DNA of 64,000 nt from Candidatus Marinacidobacterales bacterium. Lineage in GTDB: Bacteria; Acidobacteriota; Vicinamibacteria; Marinacidobacterales; DATDRI01. The translations under genes were made by a program, and so were the position numbers. Positions 43,233 through 54,256 of the stretch are shown here, piece after piece. The notes below the pieces were generated by a model. It worked only from the letters and a program-made list of their open reading frames with translations. It was not told where the DNA came from and did no database searches. Where the stretch lies: the NCBI GenBank assembly GCA_965219415.1, contig CBDCNP010000002.1, positions 3,232,001 to 3,296,000 on the forward strand. Direction: 5' to 3'. How positions within the stretch are numbered: the first letter of the stretch is position 1; the number at the start of each line of letters is the position of its first letter.

Positions 43233-43332
43233 CCCCCTCTCCCTTCCGCCTTCGCTGAAGCTTCGGCGGACCCGCCGAAGTCCTTGGAATAAGAGCGGAC
43301 GGAGGCGGGTTGGGAGAGGGCCGGGGTGAGGG
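43233..43332. repeat. nested REP-like palindromes between convergent genes
   Basis: outer CCCTCTCCC..GGGAGAGGG-CCGGGGTGAGGG; inner CCGCCTTCG..CGGAGGCGG enclosing CTTCGGCGG/CCGCCGAAG. Confidence 0.7.
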
Positions 43333-43339
43333 TGGTCCC

Positions 43340-45830
43340 TCACTCATAACGCAGCGCAACAACCGGTTCTACTCTGCCGGCTCGGCGTGCGGGGAGATAC
43401 GACGCAGCCAGCGCCACCACCATGAGCAGTACAGAGATGCCCACGTAGATCAGCGGATCGCTTGGGCTTACTCCGTAAAGGAGCGTCGAGATGAAACGCG
43501 TCATCGTGAGTGCGGGCACCAAGCCGATCGCAAGACCGGCTAGTGTCAGCGTGACGCCTTGGCCGACGACGAGTCGCAAGATATCCCCGCGCTGGGCGCC
43601 GAGAGCGAGTCGAACACCGATCTCTCGTGTCCTTTGTGTGACCGTGTAAGCGAGCACGCCGAAGATCCCGAGCGAGGCCAGGACTACCGCTAACGCGGCG
43701 AATATCCCGAACATCACCATGTTGAATCGCCAAGGCGCGAGCTCGCTCGCAACGATATCCTCCATCGTCGTGACTTTGCCTACTGGAAGAAGGTCGTCGA
43801 TGGCTTTGATCTGCGCCCTTACCGCTCCTGCAAGAGTTAGCGGATCGGAGCTGGTTCGGACCACCAGATGCCCAATCGCCAAAGGAGATTGAAGGTAAGG
43901 TAAATACAGATCCAATCGCGGTGCCTCGAGCTCCCGGAACCTGGCGTCCTCGACGACGCCGACCACCGTCCTCCAAACGACATTGCCCTCGTCATCCCAG
44001 TTGGTGGGGTAGGTGATGAGTCTCCTTCCGATCGCGCTCTCCTCGGGCCACATGCGTTTGGCGAGTGCCTCGCCGACCATCGCGACCGGAGGAGCTTCGG
44101 CGGTGTCCCGCTCGCTAAAGGTTCGACCCTCTAGAAGCCGTGTTCCCATGGCCCGGAAGTAGTCCGGCGTCACCGCCTCGTAATTCACCAAGGGATTCTC
44201 GTCGTAGGCCGCGACATCGGGAACCAAATGGACTCGAGTCTCGCCTTCTTCCTCGACGGTGATCTTGTCCCACGCCTTGGGCTGGCCCTCTACGATGTAC
44301 CAGAAGTCCCACCCGATGGCGCCAGATGCGAACGGGCGGTTCAGCACCGCGCCTGCGGTGTCGACCCCCGGAAGGGCGCCGATCCTCTCCAGGATTTCAT
44401 GCACCAACCGTCGCTTCTCGTCGATGGTCGGATACTTTTGGTCGCGATGGCCGACGATCATCGTTAGCACGCTCTCCGGTCGATAGCCGAGGTTCAGTCG
44501 TCTGAGGTTCCGGAAACTCTCCAGCATCAGGCCGGCGCCGACGAGCAAGACCAGCGCCATCGCGATCTCGAAAACGACCAGGAGGTTGCGAAGAAAGCGG
44601 CCGCTACGATCCTCCATCGCGCCCCTCGCGCCTTCTCTCAGGGAATCCGAGGCGCTGGCTCTTGACATCTCCCATGCTGGGAGGAGGCCGACCAAGAGAG
44701 CGGTCACCAGTCCAAGGCCGATCGTCACCGCCAACGCGATCCCGTCGATCGCCACAGCGTCGATTCGCGGCACGTCGCCGGGAGTCAGCTTCAGCAGCGT
44801 AGCCAGACTCCACGAAGAGCACCGCGCCTGCCAGGCAACCCGCCAATCCCAACAGCGAGCTCTCGATCAAGAGCTGGCGAATGATCCGCAGCCGACCGGC
44901 GCCCATCGCCAAGCGAACCGCAATCTCCTTTCGTCGGGAGACGGCTCGAACCAGGAAGAGGCTGGCCACGTTGGCACAGGCTGTGAGGAGAACGAGTCCC
45001 ACCGCGACCCAAAGTGCCAACAAAGCGGGACGCGTGTCGCTGCCCAGAAAGTGATCCCTGAGCGGTGTGATAGCTGCGCCTCTGGTTTCTGGAGCCGTCT
45101 CGTATTCCACAGACAAGCGGCTCGCGATGCTGGCAATTTCGCTCCTGGCTTGCTCGAGGGCCACGCTCGGCTTCATGCGGCCGATGACATACAAAACACC
45201 GAGGTTGCGTTTTTCGGCGAGCTCCGGTCCTGCCAAACCCCAAAGCTCGGCTCCCTTGGGGTACTGGAAATCGGGGGGCATGACCCCCACGATAGTGTGC
45301 GGGTTCCCAGAAAGATTGACGGACTTGCCGACGATATCGGCGTCGCTACCCAAGTGGCGTTGCCAAAAGCCGTAGCTCACCACGACGACCGGAGATGCGC
45401 CGGGGACATCTTCCTCGGCCCTAAACGTCCGACCGAAGTCGGGTGCCACACCGAGGGTCTCGAAGAAAGACGCCGATACACCGCGGAAAGCCACCGCGAC
45501 GGGATCGGTCTCCATCTTCAAGACCTTCGGCCAATTGCTGGAACCGAAGGCGGCCATGTCTTCGAAGAGTTGGCTCTGCTCGCGCCAATCGCGGAAGTTT
45601 GGATAGGAGACTTCAATGAGCGGGTTATCTGGTTCCTCTTCCCACAGAATGACCAGTCGTTCCTGGTCTTCGAAGGGAAGCGGACTGAGGAGCACGGCGT
45701 TGACAACGCTGAATATCGCGGTGTTCGCGCCGATGCCCAGGGCGAGCATCAAGACGGCAAGTGCGGTGAATCCCGGAGTCTTGAGCAGACTCCGGGCTCC
45801 GTAGCGGACGTCTTGCCAAAGGGTTTCCAT
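43340..45830 (-). pseudogene. ADOP-type duplicated ABC permease, frameshifted near 44800
   Basis: [60 protein letters not shown]. Confidence 0.85.
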
Positions 45831-46275
45831 CACCAGAACCGCTTGTGGATCTCCAGGCCTTCTTCTTCGAGAATCGGGCCGCTCACTTCGATCTTGGGGA
45901 GCATGCGGCCGTAGGTGTCGCGACTCGAGATGTACCACCCCGCGCCACCCAAATTGGCCAGTGAGGATCCCCGAACCCCGTATACGATCTTGGGGATCCC
46001 CGCCCAATAGATCGACCCTTGACACATCAGGCAGGGCTCGGTGCTCGTGTAAAGGGTGGACTTCGCTAGCGTCTCGGGGTCGAAACGCTGGCCCGCCATC
46101 CGCACCAAATTGAGCTCGGCATGCCCGGTGACGTCCTTCTCGGTGACGACGGTATTCTCGGCCTCGAGAAGGGTCTCTCCATCCTTTAATAAGAGGGCGC
46201 CAAAAGGTGGTTCCCCTGCTCGATCGCTGTTTCGGCGAGGGCATAACATCTTTTTTTAATGAGATGGTCGTGCAT
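45830..46275 (-). CDS. nucleoside/guanine deaminase (CDA superfamily), 1-nt frameshift near 46205
   Basis: AGGAG SD with ATG 46275; [15 protein letters not shown] zinc motif; TGATG overlap with the permease. Confidence 0.85.
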
Positions 46276-46447
46276 TGCTCTCCTAGACTGTGGCTGATGG
46301 GGAATGGCCGCAGGCCTGCAAACAGGCGGGGCTCGCCGCAAGGGCGAAAATAAGGATCACCCGCCGAAGGAAGTCCAAAGCGACACCTCCACAGATAATA
46401 GGAACTTAGGTCAGGCGACCTGCGTATAGTATCGCGAGGGGAGCACG

Positions 46448-47576
46448 ATGCGATATTCGAGAGTTCTCTTCTTCGGCTCAAGCATGCTGCTTGCGGCCGT
46501 GCTCCACGCCGGACAATACGAAAAAATCTCCCCTGAGTGGGCCGAGAAATGGCGTGAGGACTTGACCTTCGCCCTCGAGAAATTGCCCGAAGTACACGCC
46601 AATCTGTATCACCGGCTCGGTCGCGATGAGTTAGAGGGAGCGGTCGTCCAGCTCGGGGCTCGGGTTCCGTCGATGACTCACTACGAGATCATCGTCGAGC
46701 TCGCCCGGATCATAGCGTCGGTGGAAGACGGACATACACCTGGAGGACACGCGGACCGTCTATTTCCAGTACAACGAGGTGTACGACAAGGAGGACGAGT
46801 CGATACCCGAGTTCGCCGACAGACTCTTCGGATTCATAGAGGAGAATCCGGTCGATAAGCTCGTCATCGATCTGCGCTTCAACCCGGGTGGTGACAACAG
46901 CCTGAATCAACCGTTCCTCCATGGCCTCATGCGGTGTTCGAAGGTCCAGAGAATCGGACAGCTCTACACCATCATAGGGCGAGGAACCTTCTCGGCCGCG
47001 ATGATGTTTGCGGTCGATCTGGAGAGACACACCAACACGATCTTCGTCGGCGAGCCGACCGGATCGCGTCCCAATCACTATGGCGATTCCCGGAAGCTAC
47101 GACTGCCCAACTCCGGAATTACGATTCGAGCGAGCACACTTTATTGGCAGTATTCCGATCCGCGAGACGACCGGCGGGCCATCGAACCACACATTCCGGC
47201 TGAACTGTCTTCGGCGGACTACCGAACCCAACGCGACCCCGCTCTGGATGCCATTCTATGGCCCCCGAAATCGACGTCGACCGATCCGGCTGGAAGGTGG
47301 AAGGGAACGATCAAGCCTGGCTATGGCACTCTGCCTATCGTCGTGGTTTTCGAGGAGCGTGAAGCCGAATGGCGCGCCACGATGGATATTCCCCAGCTCG
47401 ATGCAACGGGGCTGGCGCTCCAGGAGGTTGGCTTCGAGTCACCTACCGTGCGGTTCGGTTTGCCAGACGAGAGTGGTGTTATCTCCTTCGAAGGGGAAAT
47501 GGAAGGGGAGAGATTAATGGGAGAGGCGTCGCAAGGCGGGCGGCTCTTCCCGTTCGCCCTGTTTCGCGAACACTAG
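46448..47576 (+). pseudogene. S41-like secreted peptidase with an internal deletion
   Basis: signal peptide; WREDL, H-ANL, DGHT joined out of frame at about 46738 to LVIDLRFNPGGD, TFSAA, VGEPTG. Confidence 0.7.
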
Positions 47577-47586
47577 ATACAGGACA

Positions 47587-49467
47587 CTAGCTGCGGCCCT
47601 TTTGTCGGATCGGAAGGCGTATGTGGAAGGTGGTCCCTTGGCCGATCTGGCTCGCCACTTTGATATCGCCGCCGTGCTTCTTGATGATGTTGTAAGTATT
47701 GGACAGCCCCACGCGCATCCTCATCCGAGAATCCTTCTGGCTGAAGGTGATCTCGAACGGATTGGCGAGCTTCTCGGCGGGAATACCTCTCCCGGTGTCG
47801 GAGCTCTCGATGTAGACGTGGTCATCACCGGCCGAGGTCTTGATGGTGATCGAGCCGTCGCCGTCGAGCGCGTCGGAAGCATTGACGAGGAGTGTCATGA
47901 AGCACTGGTTGAGCTCACTGGCGTAGCACTCGATCTTGGGGAGCTGCGCCAGCTCTCGCTTTATGTCCACCCCTGGCGCCAGCTGGGGCCTTAGTAGCGT
48001 CAGTGTGCTTTCAATCCCTTGTGTGATATCGGCCAACTGAAGCTCGGCCTCATCGAGGTGGGAGAACTGTTTTAGGCTCGTAACGAGGTTCGAGATTCTC
48101 TCGCTTGCGACCACCGTGGTGCGCGCGGAGGAGTCGAGGATGTCGATTGCTCGTGTCCACGGTCCATTTTTTCTAAGGCGTTCTACCAATCCTTCTTTCT
48201 CGAGACCTTGCCGCATGAGATCCAGCGCTTGCCTTGAAAGGTTGGCATTGTTCTTGATGACCCCAATCGGCGTGTTGACCTCGTGAGAAATCCCTGCAAC
48301 CAAGCTTCCGAGCGCTGCCATCTTCTCCGACTGGACGAGCTGTGCCTGCATCCCCGCCAGCTCCACATAACGTAGCCGGTGGATCTCGGCCTCTTTCTCT
48401 GCGGTCTCCACGTTCACACGGATCTGGAGGTTCTTGACCTTGGTCGTGCTCTCGTCGTTGAAGATCTCATCCTTGAGTTGGTGGAACCGCTTGTGATGCT
48501 CGAGAGCCTTGTCGAGCTCACCGGTCGCTTCGTAAAGCGATGAGAGTGCTTCGTGGATCTTCAGCTCCGTCGGCTTGGCCTGGGTCTCCATGATCTCGCG
48601 AAGTGAGCTTTGAAGTGTGTCGCAAGCCTTGGCATTGTCACCCATTGCCAGGTAGACGTTACCGAGAGTCAGGAGAGTAATCGCGTTGACCTCTCGATTA
48701 GCGATGTTCTTGCCCGACTCCAGGCTGCGCAGACAATAATCCAATGCCTTGTCGATTTCGCCCATCTTCAGGTAGGCCTGAGCGACGTTCGCGAGGGCCG
48801 CCGCTGCGCCGAGGTGGATCCCTTGTTCTTGGGCTTTGCTGACCGCTTGTTGGTGGTGCTCCAGAGCCTTATCGTACTCCCCGATTTTTTCGTAGAGAAT
48901 CCCCAACATGCCCAACGCTCGACCCTCGCCAACCGGATAGGGAATCTCTCGGAACAAATCTAGCGCCCGGTGATGGTTCTCTAGGGCTAGTTGATGGTCA
49001 CCGGTCTCGGTATAGATGAACCCGATGTTGTGCAGCGCCCAAGCCTCGCCCAGTTTCGAGCCAACCTCTTTGCTGATAGCCAAGCAAGAGAGGGCTGCCT
49101 TCAAGGCTTCAGGGTAGCTGCCGAGCCGAGAGTAGATTAGCGATAGGGTGTTGACGGCCGTCGCCTTCCCGAGCTTCTCGTCGAGCTCTCTGATAGCGGT
49201 GCGGGTGTATTGCGCGGCTTCTTCGAGATTCGAAAACACCAACTGGCAATAGCCGATCGTCCGGTTCCCGAGGCCGACGCCTTTCTTGTAGTCGACCTGC
49301 CCCGATAGCCGTGAGGCCTCTTGGGCAAGTTCCAAGGCCCGTTTGGTCTGGGTGAGGCCGATCTCCCAGGCGAGATCATTGAGCGCATCGATCCGTGCGG
49401 TCGATTGAGGATCGCCTGCGGAGAGCTCCTGCAATCTCGCTTCGAGCTTTTCGACGGTCTCGTTCAT
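47587..49467 (-). CDS. soluble TPR-repeat sensor histidine kinase
   Basis: TPRs; QSEKMAALGSLVAGISHEVNTP; LLVNASDA; DTGRGI; degenerate G2 box. Confidence 0.9.
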   Translation of the reverse strand: MNETVEKLEARLQELSAGDPQSTARIDALNDLAWEIGLTQTKRALELAQEASRLSGQVDYKKGVGLGNRTIGYCQLVFSNLEEAAQYTRTAIRELDEKLGKATAVNTLSLIYSRLGSYPEALKAALSCLAISKEVGSKLGEAWALHNIGFIYTETGDHQLALENHHRALDLFREIPYPVGEGRALGMLGILYEKIGEYDKALEHHQQAVSKAQEQGIHLGAAAALANVAQAYLKMGEIDKALDYCLRSLESGKNIANREVNAITLLTLGNVYLAMGDNAKACDTLQSSLREIMETQAKPTELKIHEALSSLYEATGELDKALEHHKRFHQLKDEIFNDESTTKVKNLQIRVNVETAEKEAEIHRLRYVELAGMQAQLVQSEKMAALGSLVAGISHEVNTPIGVIKNNANLSRQALDLMRQGLEKEGLVERLRKNGPWTRAIDILDSSARTTVVASERISNLVTSLKQFSHLDEAELQLADITQGIESTLTLLRPQLAPGVDIKRELAQLPKIECYASELNQCFMTLLVNASDALDGDGSITIKTSAGDDHVYIESSDTGRGIPAEKLANPFEITFSQKDSRMRMRVGLSNTYNIIKKHGGDIKVASQIGQGTTFHIRLPIRQKGRS

Positions 49468-50204
49468 GGGGATTTACTCATCACGTAGAACACGTAGCCG
49501 TACGCGTCCGAATAACGGCGATAGAGATCGATTTCCTTCTGCTCGCCTTCCAGAGCTTCGAAGATGGCTGGTTCTTGAGAATGTTGTTCTCGAAGCTCAG
49601 AAATCCGTTTCTCCATGGGCCCATAGTAGCCATCCCACCATGCCGTTTCAGGGAGGGTGAAAGAGTCGATAAGCGAATATCCGGATTCCTCGATTGTGTC
49701 CGCGTTCCCGGCTATGGTCTGCATCGCGGGATAGGCCTCTCCAAAGAAACTAGTCACCTCTTCCGGAGAAGAGTCGACGAGCCAGCTGAGCTCGGTCACC
49801 GCCATAGAACCAAGGGGCCTCAGATACGGCCTCCAAGAGGTCAGCCCCTTTTGGAACCCAATGATATAGATGGACCCTTCCGCCCAAACAAGATCGAATG
49901 ACGCATCATCGAAACGCATGTCCTCCATGGAACCGCATTTGGAATGGACCCGCTCGTCGAGTCCCTGATTTCGAGCGCGGGTTTGGAGCTCGTCGAGGTA
50001 GGGTTGGTGGTTATCGACGGCGGTGATTTCACCATCGGTCTCCCTCGCCAAGATGAGGGTTTGTCGTCCCGGGCCACATCCCACGTCGAGGATCTTCGGT
50101 CGCGCCGGCAGACTAGGCACCAGAGAAAGTGCCCTCACCGTCGAGTCTTCGGAGCCCGGTGCCTCTTGGGGGAGACCTTTGTGAATCTCGAAAAAGACGT
50201 CCAT
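49464..50204 (-). CDS. class I SAM-dependent methyltransferase
   Basis: ILDVGCGPG, FDLVWAEGSIYIIGF, YGYVFY. Confidence 0.9.
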   Translation of the reverse strand: MDVFFEIHKGLPQEAPGSEDSTVRALSLVPSLPARPKILDVGCGPGRQTLILARETDGEITAVDNHQPYLDELQTRARNQGLDERVHSKCGSMEDMRFDDASFDLVWAEGSIYIIGFQKGLTSWRPYLRPLGSMAVTELSWLVDSSPEEVTSFFGEAYPAMQTIAGNADTIEESGYSLIDSFTLPETAWWDGYYGPMEKRISELREQHSQEPAIFEALEGEQKEIDLYRRYSDAYGYVFYVMSKSP

Positions 50205-50258
50205 GACGCGTTCCGCCTTGCCGCTATAATACCGCAGCCAAAATAAGGAGCACTTGCC

Positions 50259-52358
50259 ATGACAAGCCTACGGCACGGTTTAGCTTTCTGTATAGCGAGC
50301 ATCACATTGGCCGGCCCGGCCACGTTGGGGTTTGCCACTGAAGAGACTGAAGAGACCGAACGATGGGACGATCGAATCAATCCGCTCGATGTCTTTCAGT
50401 TGGAGTGGGCCACCGATCCCCAGATTTCGCCTGACGGCAATCGAATCGTCTACGTCAGGAACTTCATGGACATCATGAAGGATCGGCGACGATCGAACCT
50501 GTGGGTGGTCTCGGTCGATGGGTCAGACCATCGGCCGGTTACCACCGGCAACGAGAACCACTCTTCGCCCCGATGGTCTCCCGATGGGAAGCGCTTGGTT
50601 TTCGTGTCGAACACGGACGGCTCGGTTCAAGTGTATATGCGCTGGATGGACACCGGGCAGACGGCCAAGCTGACTGATCTAACGACCGCGCCGAGTGGGC
50701 TCTCCTGGTCTCCGGACGGAAAAAAGATCGCGTTTTCGATGCAGCTGCCGGAGAGCACCAAACCTTACGTGAACCTCGAGGCCAGCCCCGAAGGAGCCGA
50801 TTGGGCCAGCCCACCTAAGATGATCGACAAACTCATCTATCGTTTCGACGGCCGAGGCTATTTGAGGGATGGCTATCATCATTTGTTCGTTCTTCCGGCC
50901 GAGGGTGGTACGCCTCGCCAGCTAACCACCGGAAAGTACAACCACCGAGGCCAGCCGCGCTGGACGCCGGACGGAAAGTCTCTGATCTTTTCTGCTAACC
51001 GTCACCCCGATTGGGAGTACGAGTCGAGAGACTCGGAGCTCTACGAGGTGTCCTTGTCCGATCGCTCCATCCGCGCGTTGACCGATCGGAGGGGACCCGA
51101 CCACAGCCCCGCCATATCCCCGGATGGGAAGCGGATCACCTATCTAGGCTACGACGATCACTATCAGGGCTATCAGGTGACGCAACTCTACGTGATGGAT
51201 CGAGATGGGGGCGACAAGCAACGGATCGCCACCGATTTCGATCGCAGTATTGCGAGCCCGGTGTGGAGTAGGGACGGGAAGGGCCTTTTCTTCCTCTACA
51301 ACAACGAGGGCAACGGCAAGATCGGCTTCGTCTCGCCCAGCGGGAAGGTGGAAACGCTGGCGGAGAACGTCGGTGCCAGCATCGGTCGTCCGTACTCCGG
51401 CGGATCGTTCTCGCTGGCGTCGGACGGCAAGTTTGCCTTTACCGAGTCGCGTCCCCATCAGCCTGCGGACGTCGCGGTGGGCAGCAGAGCCGCCTCCGGC
51501 ACGCGACGCGTGACGTCTTTGAACCAGGATCTGCTGGGGCACAAGGAGCTAGGTCGCGTGGAAGAGATCTGGTACGAGTCTTCCTTCGATGGCAGGAAAA
51601 TTCAGGGTTGGATCGTCGAGCCACCGGGGTTCGATCCCGCAAGGAAGTATCCGCTCATTTTGGAGATTCATGGTGGTCCCTTCGCCAACTACGGCGATCG
51701 TTTCTCGGCCGAGGTGCAGCTCTTCGCGGCGGCGGGGTACGTCGTGCTCTACACCAATCCCCGCGGTAGTTCGAGCTACGGTGAAGAATTCGGGAACCTC
51801 ATCCATCACAGCTATCCCGGACAAGATTACGATGACTTGATGTCCGGGATCGACGCGGCGATCGTGCGTGGCAATGTAGACGAAGACAACCTCTTCGTAA
51901 CGGGCGGAAGTGGCGGAGGTGTGTTGACGGCGTGGATCGTCGGGAAGACCGATCGGTTTCGCGCCGCGGTTTCCGCCAAACCGGTCATCAACTGGTATAG
52001 CTGGGTGCTGAACGCGGATATACCGATCATGTATAAGTATTGGTTTCCTGGATTCCCTTGGGACGAGACGGAGCATTACATGAAGCGCTCGCCGATCTCG
52101 TTGGCGGGAAATGTCACGACACCGACGATGGTCCTGACCGGCGAGGCCGATCACCGTACGCCGATGTCGGAGTCGGAGCAATTTTACATGGCACTCAAGC
52201 TGCGCAAGGTCGACACTGCACTCGTCCGAGTTCCCGATGCCTCGCACGGTATCGCCAGTCGCCCGAGCAACCTGATGGCCAAGGTGGCCTATATTCTCAA
52301 GTGGTTCGAGTCCCATCGGACGACGGAGGACGTCGAAGCGACGACCGCGCCGGACTAG
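50259..52358 (+). CDS. S9 family (acylaminoacyl/prolyl oligo) peptidase, secreted
   Basis: signal peptide; PD40-like WSPDGK repeats; IHGGP, GGSGGG, GEADHR, ASHG. Confidence 0.95.
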   Translation: MTSLRHGLAFCIASITLAGPATLGFATEETEETERWDDRINPLDVFQLEWATDPQISPDGNRIVYVRNFMDIMKDRRRSNLWVVSVDGSDHRPVTTGNENHSSPRWSPDGKRLVFVSNTDGSVQVYMRWMDTGQTAKLTDLTTAPSGLSWSPDGKKIAFSMQLPESTKPYVNLEASPEGADWASPPKMIDKLIYRFDGRGYLRDGYHHLFVLPAEGGTPRQLTTGKYNHRGQPRWTPDGKSLIFSANRHPDWEYESRDSELYEVSLSDRSIRALTDRRGPDHSPAISPDGKRITYLGYDDHYQGYQVTQLYVMDRDGGDKQRIATDFDRSIASPVWSRDGKGLFFLYNNEGNGKIGFVSPSGKVETLAENVGASIGRPYSGGSFSLASDGKFAFTESRPHQPADVAVGSRAASGTRRVTSLNQDLLGHKELGRVEEIWYESSFDGRKIQGWIVEPPGFDPARKYPLILEIHGGPFANYGDRFSAEVQLFAAAGYVVLYTNPRGSSSYGEEFGNLIHHSYPGQDYDDLMSGIDAAIVRGNVDEDNLFVTGGSGGGVLTAWIVGKTDRFRAAVSAKPVINWYSWVLNADIPIMYKYWFPGFPWDETEHYMKRSPISLAGNVTTPTMVLTGEADHRTPMSESEQFYMALKLRKVDTALVRVPDASHGIASRPSNLMAKVAYILKWFESHRTTEDVEATTAPD

Positions 52359-52379
52359 AGTTCTTGTTAGAGTGTGAGC

Positions 52380-53534
52380 ATGAACCGTTGGGTTAAGAGG
52401 GGCGCCGTTGCAGTCGGGCTGATAATTCTTATCATTCTGCTCCAGTTTACTATCTTTGCGCCGGAACCGGTGCCGGTGGAAGTCGTTACCGTCGCGCCGG
52501 GCCTGGTCGAAGAAACGGTGACGAACTCTCAGGCGGGAACGGTCCGTGCTCGGAAAAGGGCGAAGCTTTCGCCAGAATTCGGCGGGACGGTGGTCTCGAT
52601 TCCCTTTCGAGAGGGAGCCCGAGTTTCAAAAGGCGCGGTGGTGCTTCGGCTCGACGATCAGCTGCAAAAGGCGGAGCTGAGCCTCGCCGAACGTGAGCTC
52701 GAGACCGCAGACGCGCAGCACGACCAGGCGTGCTTCGCCGCGGAAAGGGCGGCCCGGGAGAAAAAGCGCTTCAGCCGGTTAGCCGAGGATGAGATAGCGT
52801 CACAGTCGCTACTGGACGAAGCGAGCACCGAGGCCGATCGAGCGGCGGCTGCTTGCCAAGCCGCGGCGGCAAGTGTTGAGCGGGCGAGGGCTTCGATCGT
52901 ACTCGCCCGCACGAAGTTGGAGAAGACCGTACTGCGCGCGCCGTTCGACGGGGTAGTCGCGGAGCTGACGACGGAGGTGGGTGAGTGGGCGTCGCCCTCG
53001 CCCCCGGCACTTCCCATACCTCCCGTCGTCGATATCCTCGATCCCGAGACCATCTACATAAGTGCCCCCATGGACGAAGTGGACTCGGCGCAGATCGTTT
53101 CCGAACAGCCGGCGCGAGTGACCGTCGACTCTTTTCGGGGAAAAGGCTTCTCCGGCCGAGTGAGTCGAGTGGCGCCCTATGTCCTCGACCTCGAAGCGCA
53201 GAACCGCACGGTGGAGATAGAGGTGGAGCTCGATGACACGGCGATCTCCCATCGTTTGTTGCCGGGAACGTCGGCCGACGTGGAAGTGATTCTCCAGAAG
53301 CGAACGGGAGTCCTGCGTATCCCTACCCACGCGCTCCTAGAAGGGGAGCAAGTTCTTCTCGTGGAGGACGATCGGCTCGTAGCACGAGACGTCGAAATCG
53401 GGCTCAGCAACTGGGACTATACGGAGATCGTGAGTGGGCTCGGGGCCGGCGAGGAGGTCGTCGTCTCGCTCGACCGCCCCGAGGTTCAGCCGGGCGCGTC
53501 GGCGGTAGTCGAGAAGAGCCAAGGCGCACCGTGA
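52380..53534 (+). CDS. efflux transporter periplasmic adaptor (MFP) subunit
   Basis: N-terminal TM; LRAPFDGVV; DEVD; LLPGTSADVEV. Confidence 0.9.
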   Translation: MNRWVKRGAVAVGLIILIILLQFTIFAPEPVPVEVVTVAPGLVEETVTNSQAGTVRARKRAKLSPEFGGTVVSIPFREGARVSKGAVVLRLDDQLQKAELSLAERELETADAQHDQACFAAERAAREKKRFSRLAEDEIASQSLLDEASTEADRAAAACQAAAASVERARASIVLARTKLEKTVLRAPFDGVVAELTTEVGEWASPSPPALPIPPVVDILDPETIYISAPMDEVDSAQIVSEQPARVTVDSFRGKGFSGRVSRVAPYVLDLEAQNRTVEIEVELDDTAISHRLLPGTSADVEVILQKRTGVLRIPTHALLEGEQVLLVEDDRLVARDVEIGLSNWDYTEIVSGLGAGEEVVVSLDRPEVQPGASAVVEKSQGAP

Positions 53535-54256
53535 TCCGTCTGGAGGGAATCGGCCGAACCTTCGTCGTCGGTGGCCGGCCGGTTCACGCGCTGGTCGATG
53601 TTCACGAGCGGATCGAGTCGGGTGAGCACATCGCCATCATGGGCCCTTCCGGCTCCGGAAAGTCGACCCTGCTCAATGTCATTGGGCTCCTCGATCGACC
53701 TTCCTCCGGCTCCTACTGGCTCGATGATCGAGAAGTGTCGAAGCTCGACGAGCTCGAGCTGACCCAAGTCCGGCGCCACCGCATCGGATTCGTTTTTCAG
53801 TTCTTTCACCTCGTTGCGCGTCTCACCGCCCTCGAAAACGTGGAGCTTCCGATGATCTTTGCCGGGATCTCTCGTGAGGAGCGAAGGAAGAAGGCATCCG
53901 AGTTGCTGAAAGCCGTTGGCATAGGCGACCGGATCGATCATCGCCCGGATCAACTCTCGGGCGGGGAACAGCAACGCGTCGCGCTCGCTCGTGCCACGGT
54001 AATGGGCCCCGGGCTTTTACTGGCCGACGAGCCCACCGGTAACCTGGACACGGCGCCCGGGAAACAGGTACTCGATCTGCTGGGCGAGATGAACGACAAC
54101 GGTCTGACCCTAGTGGTGGTGACTCACGATCCAGACGTCGCGCGCCGGGCCGACCGCATTCTCATACTCGCCGACGGGCGAATCGCGCGCCGCTTGAGTG
54201 GCGTTGAGATTGCACAGGTCGCTGGTTTTTCCGATCTGGCCGGTGGGCGAACGTGA
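53531..54256 (+). CDS. ABC transporter ATP-binding protein (MacB/LolD-like)
   Basis: [33 protein letters not shown]. Confidence 0.95.
   Translation: MIRLEGIGRTFVVGGRPVHALVDVHERIESGEHIAIMGPSGSGKSTLLNVIGLLDRPSSGSYWLDDREVSKLDELELTQVRRHRIGFVFQFFHLVARLTALENVELPMIFAGISREERRKKASELLKAVGIGDRIDHRPDQLSGGEQQRVALARATVMGPGLLLADEPTGNLDTAPGKQVLDLLGEMNDNGLTLVVVTHDPDVARRADRILILADGRIARRLSGVEIAQVAGFSDLAGGRT

Noticed and set aside
44586-45914. long antisense and alternative-frame ORFs (for example 44586-45914, 30454-31308, 36028-36831)
   Set aside because: Shadow ORFs expected in high-GC DNA opposite well-supported genes.
46300-46400. hairpin (GGCGGG..TCGCC-GCAA-GGGCGA..CCCGCC) upstream of the nucleoside deaminase as a purine riboswitch
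   Set aside because: No match to purine, ZTP or xanthine riboswitch consensus that I can recognise; a single GC-rich stem is weak evidence.
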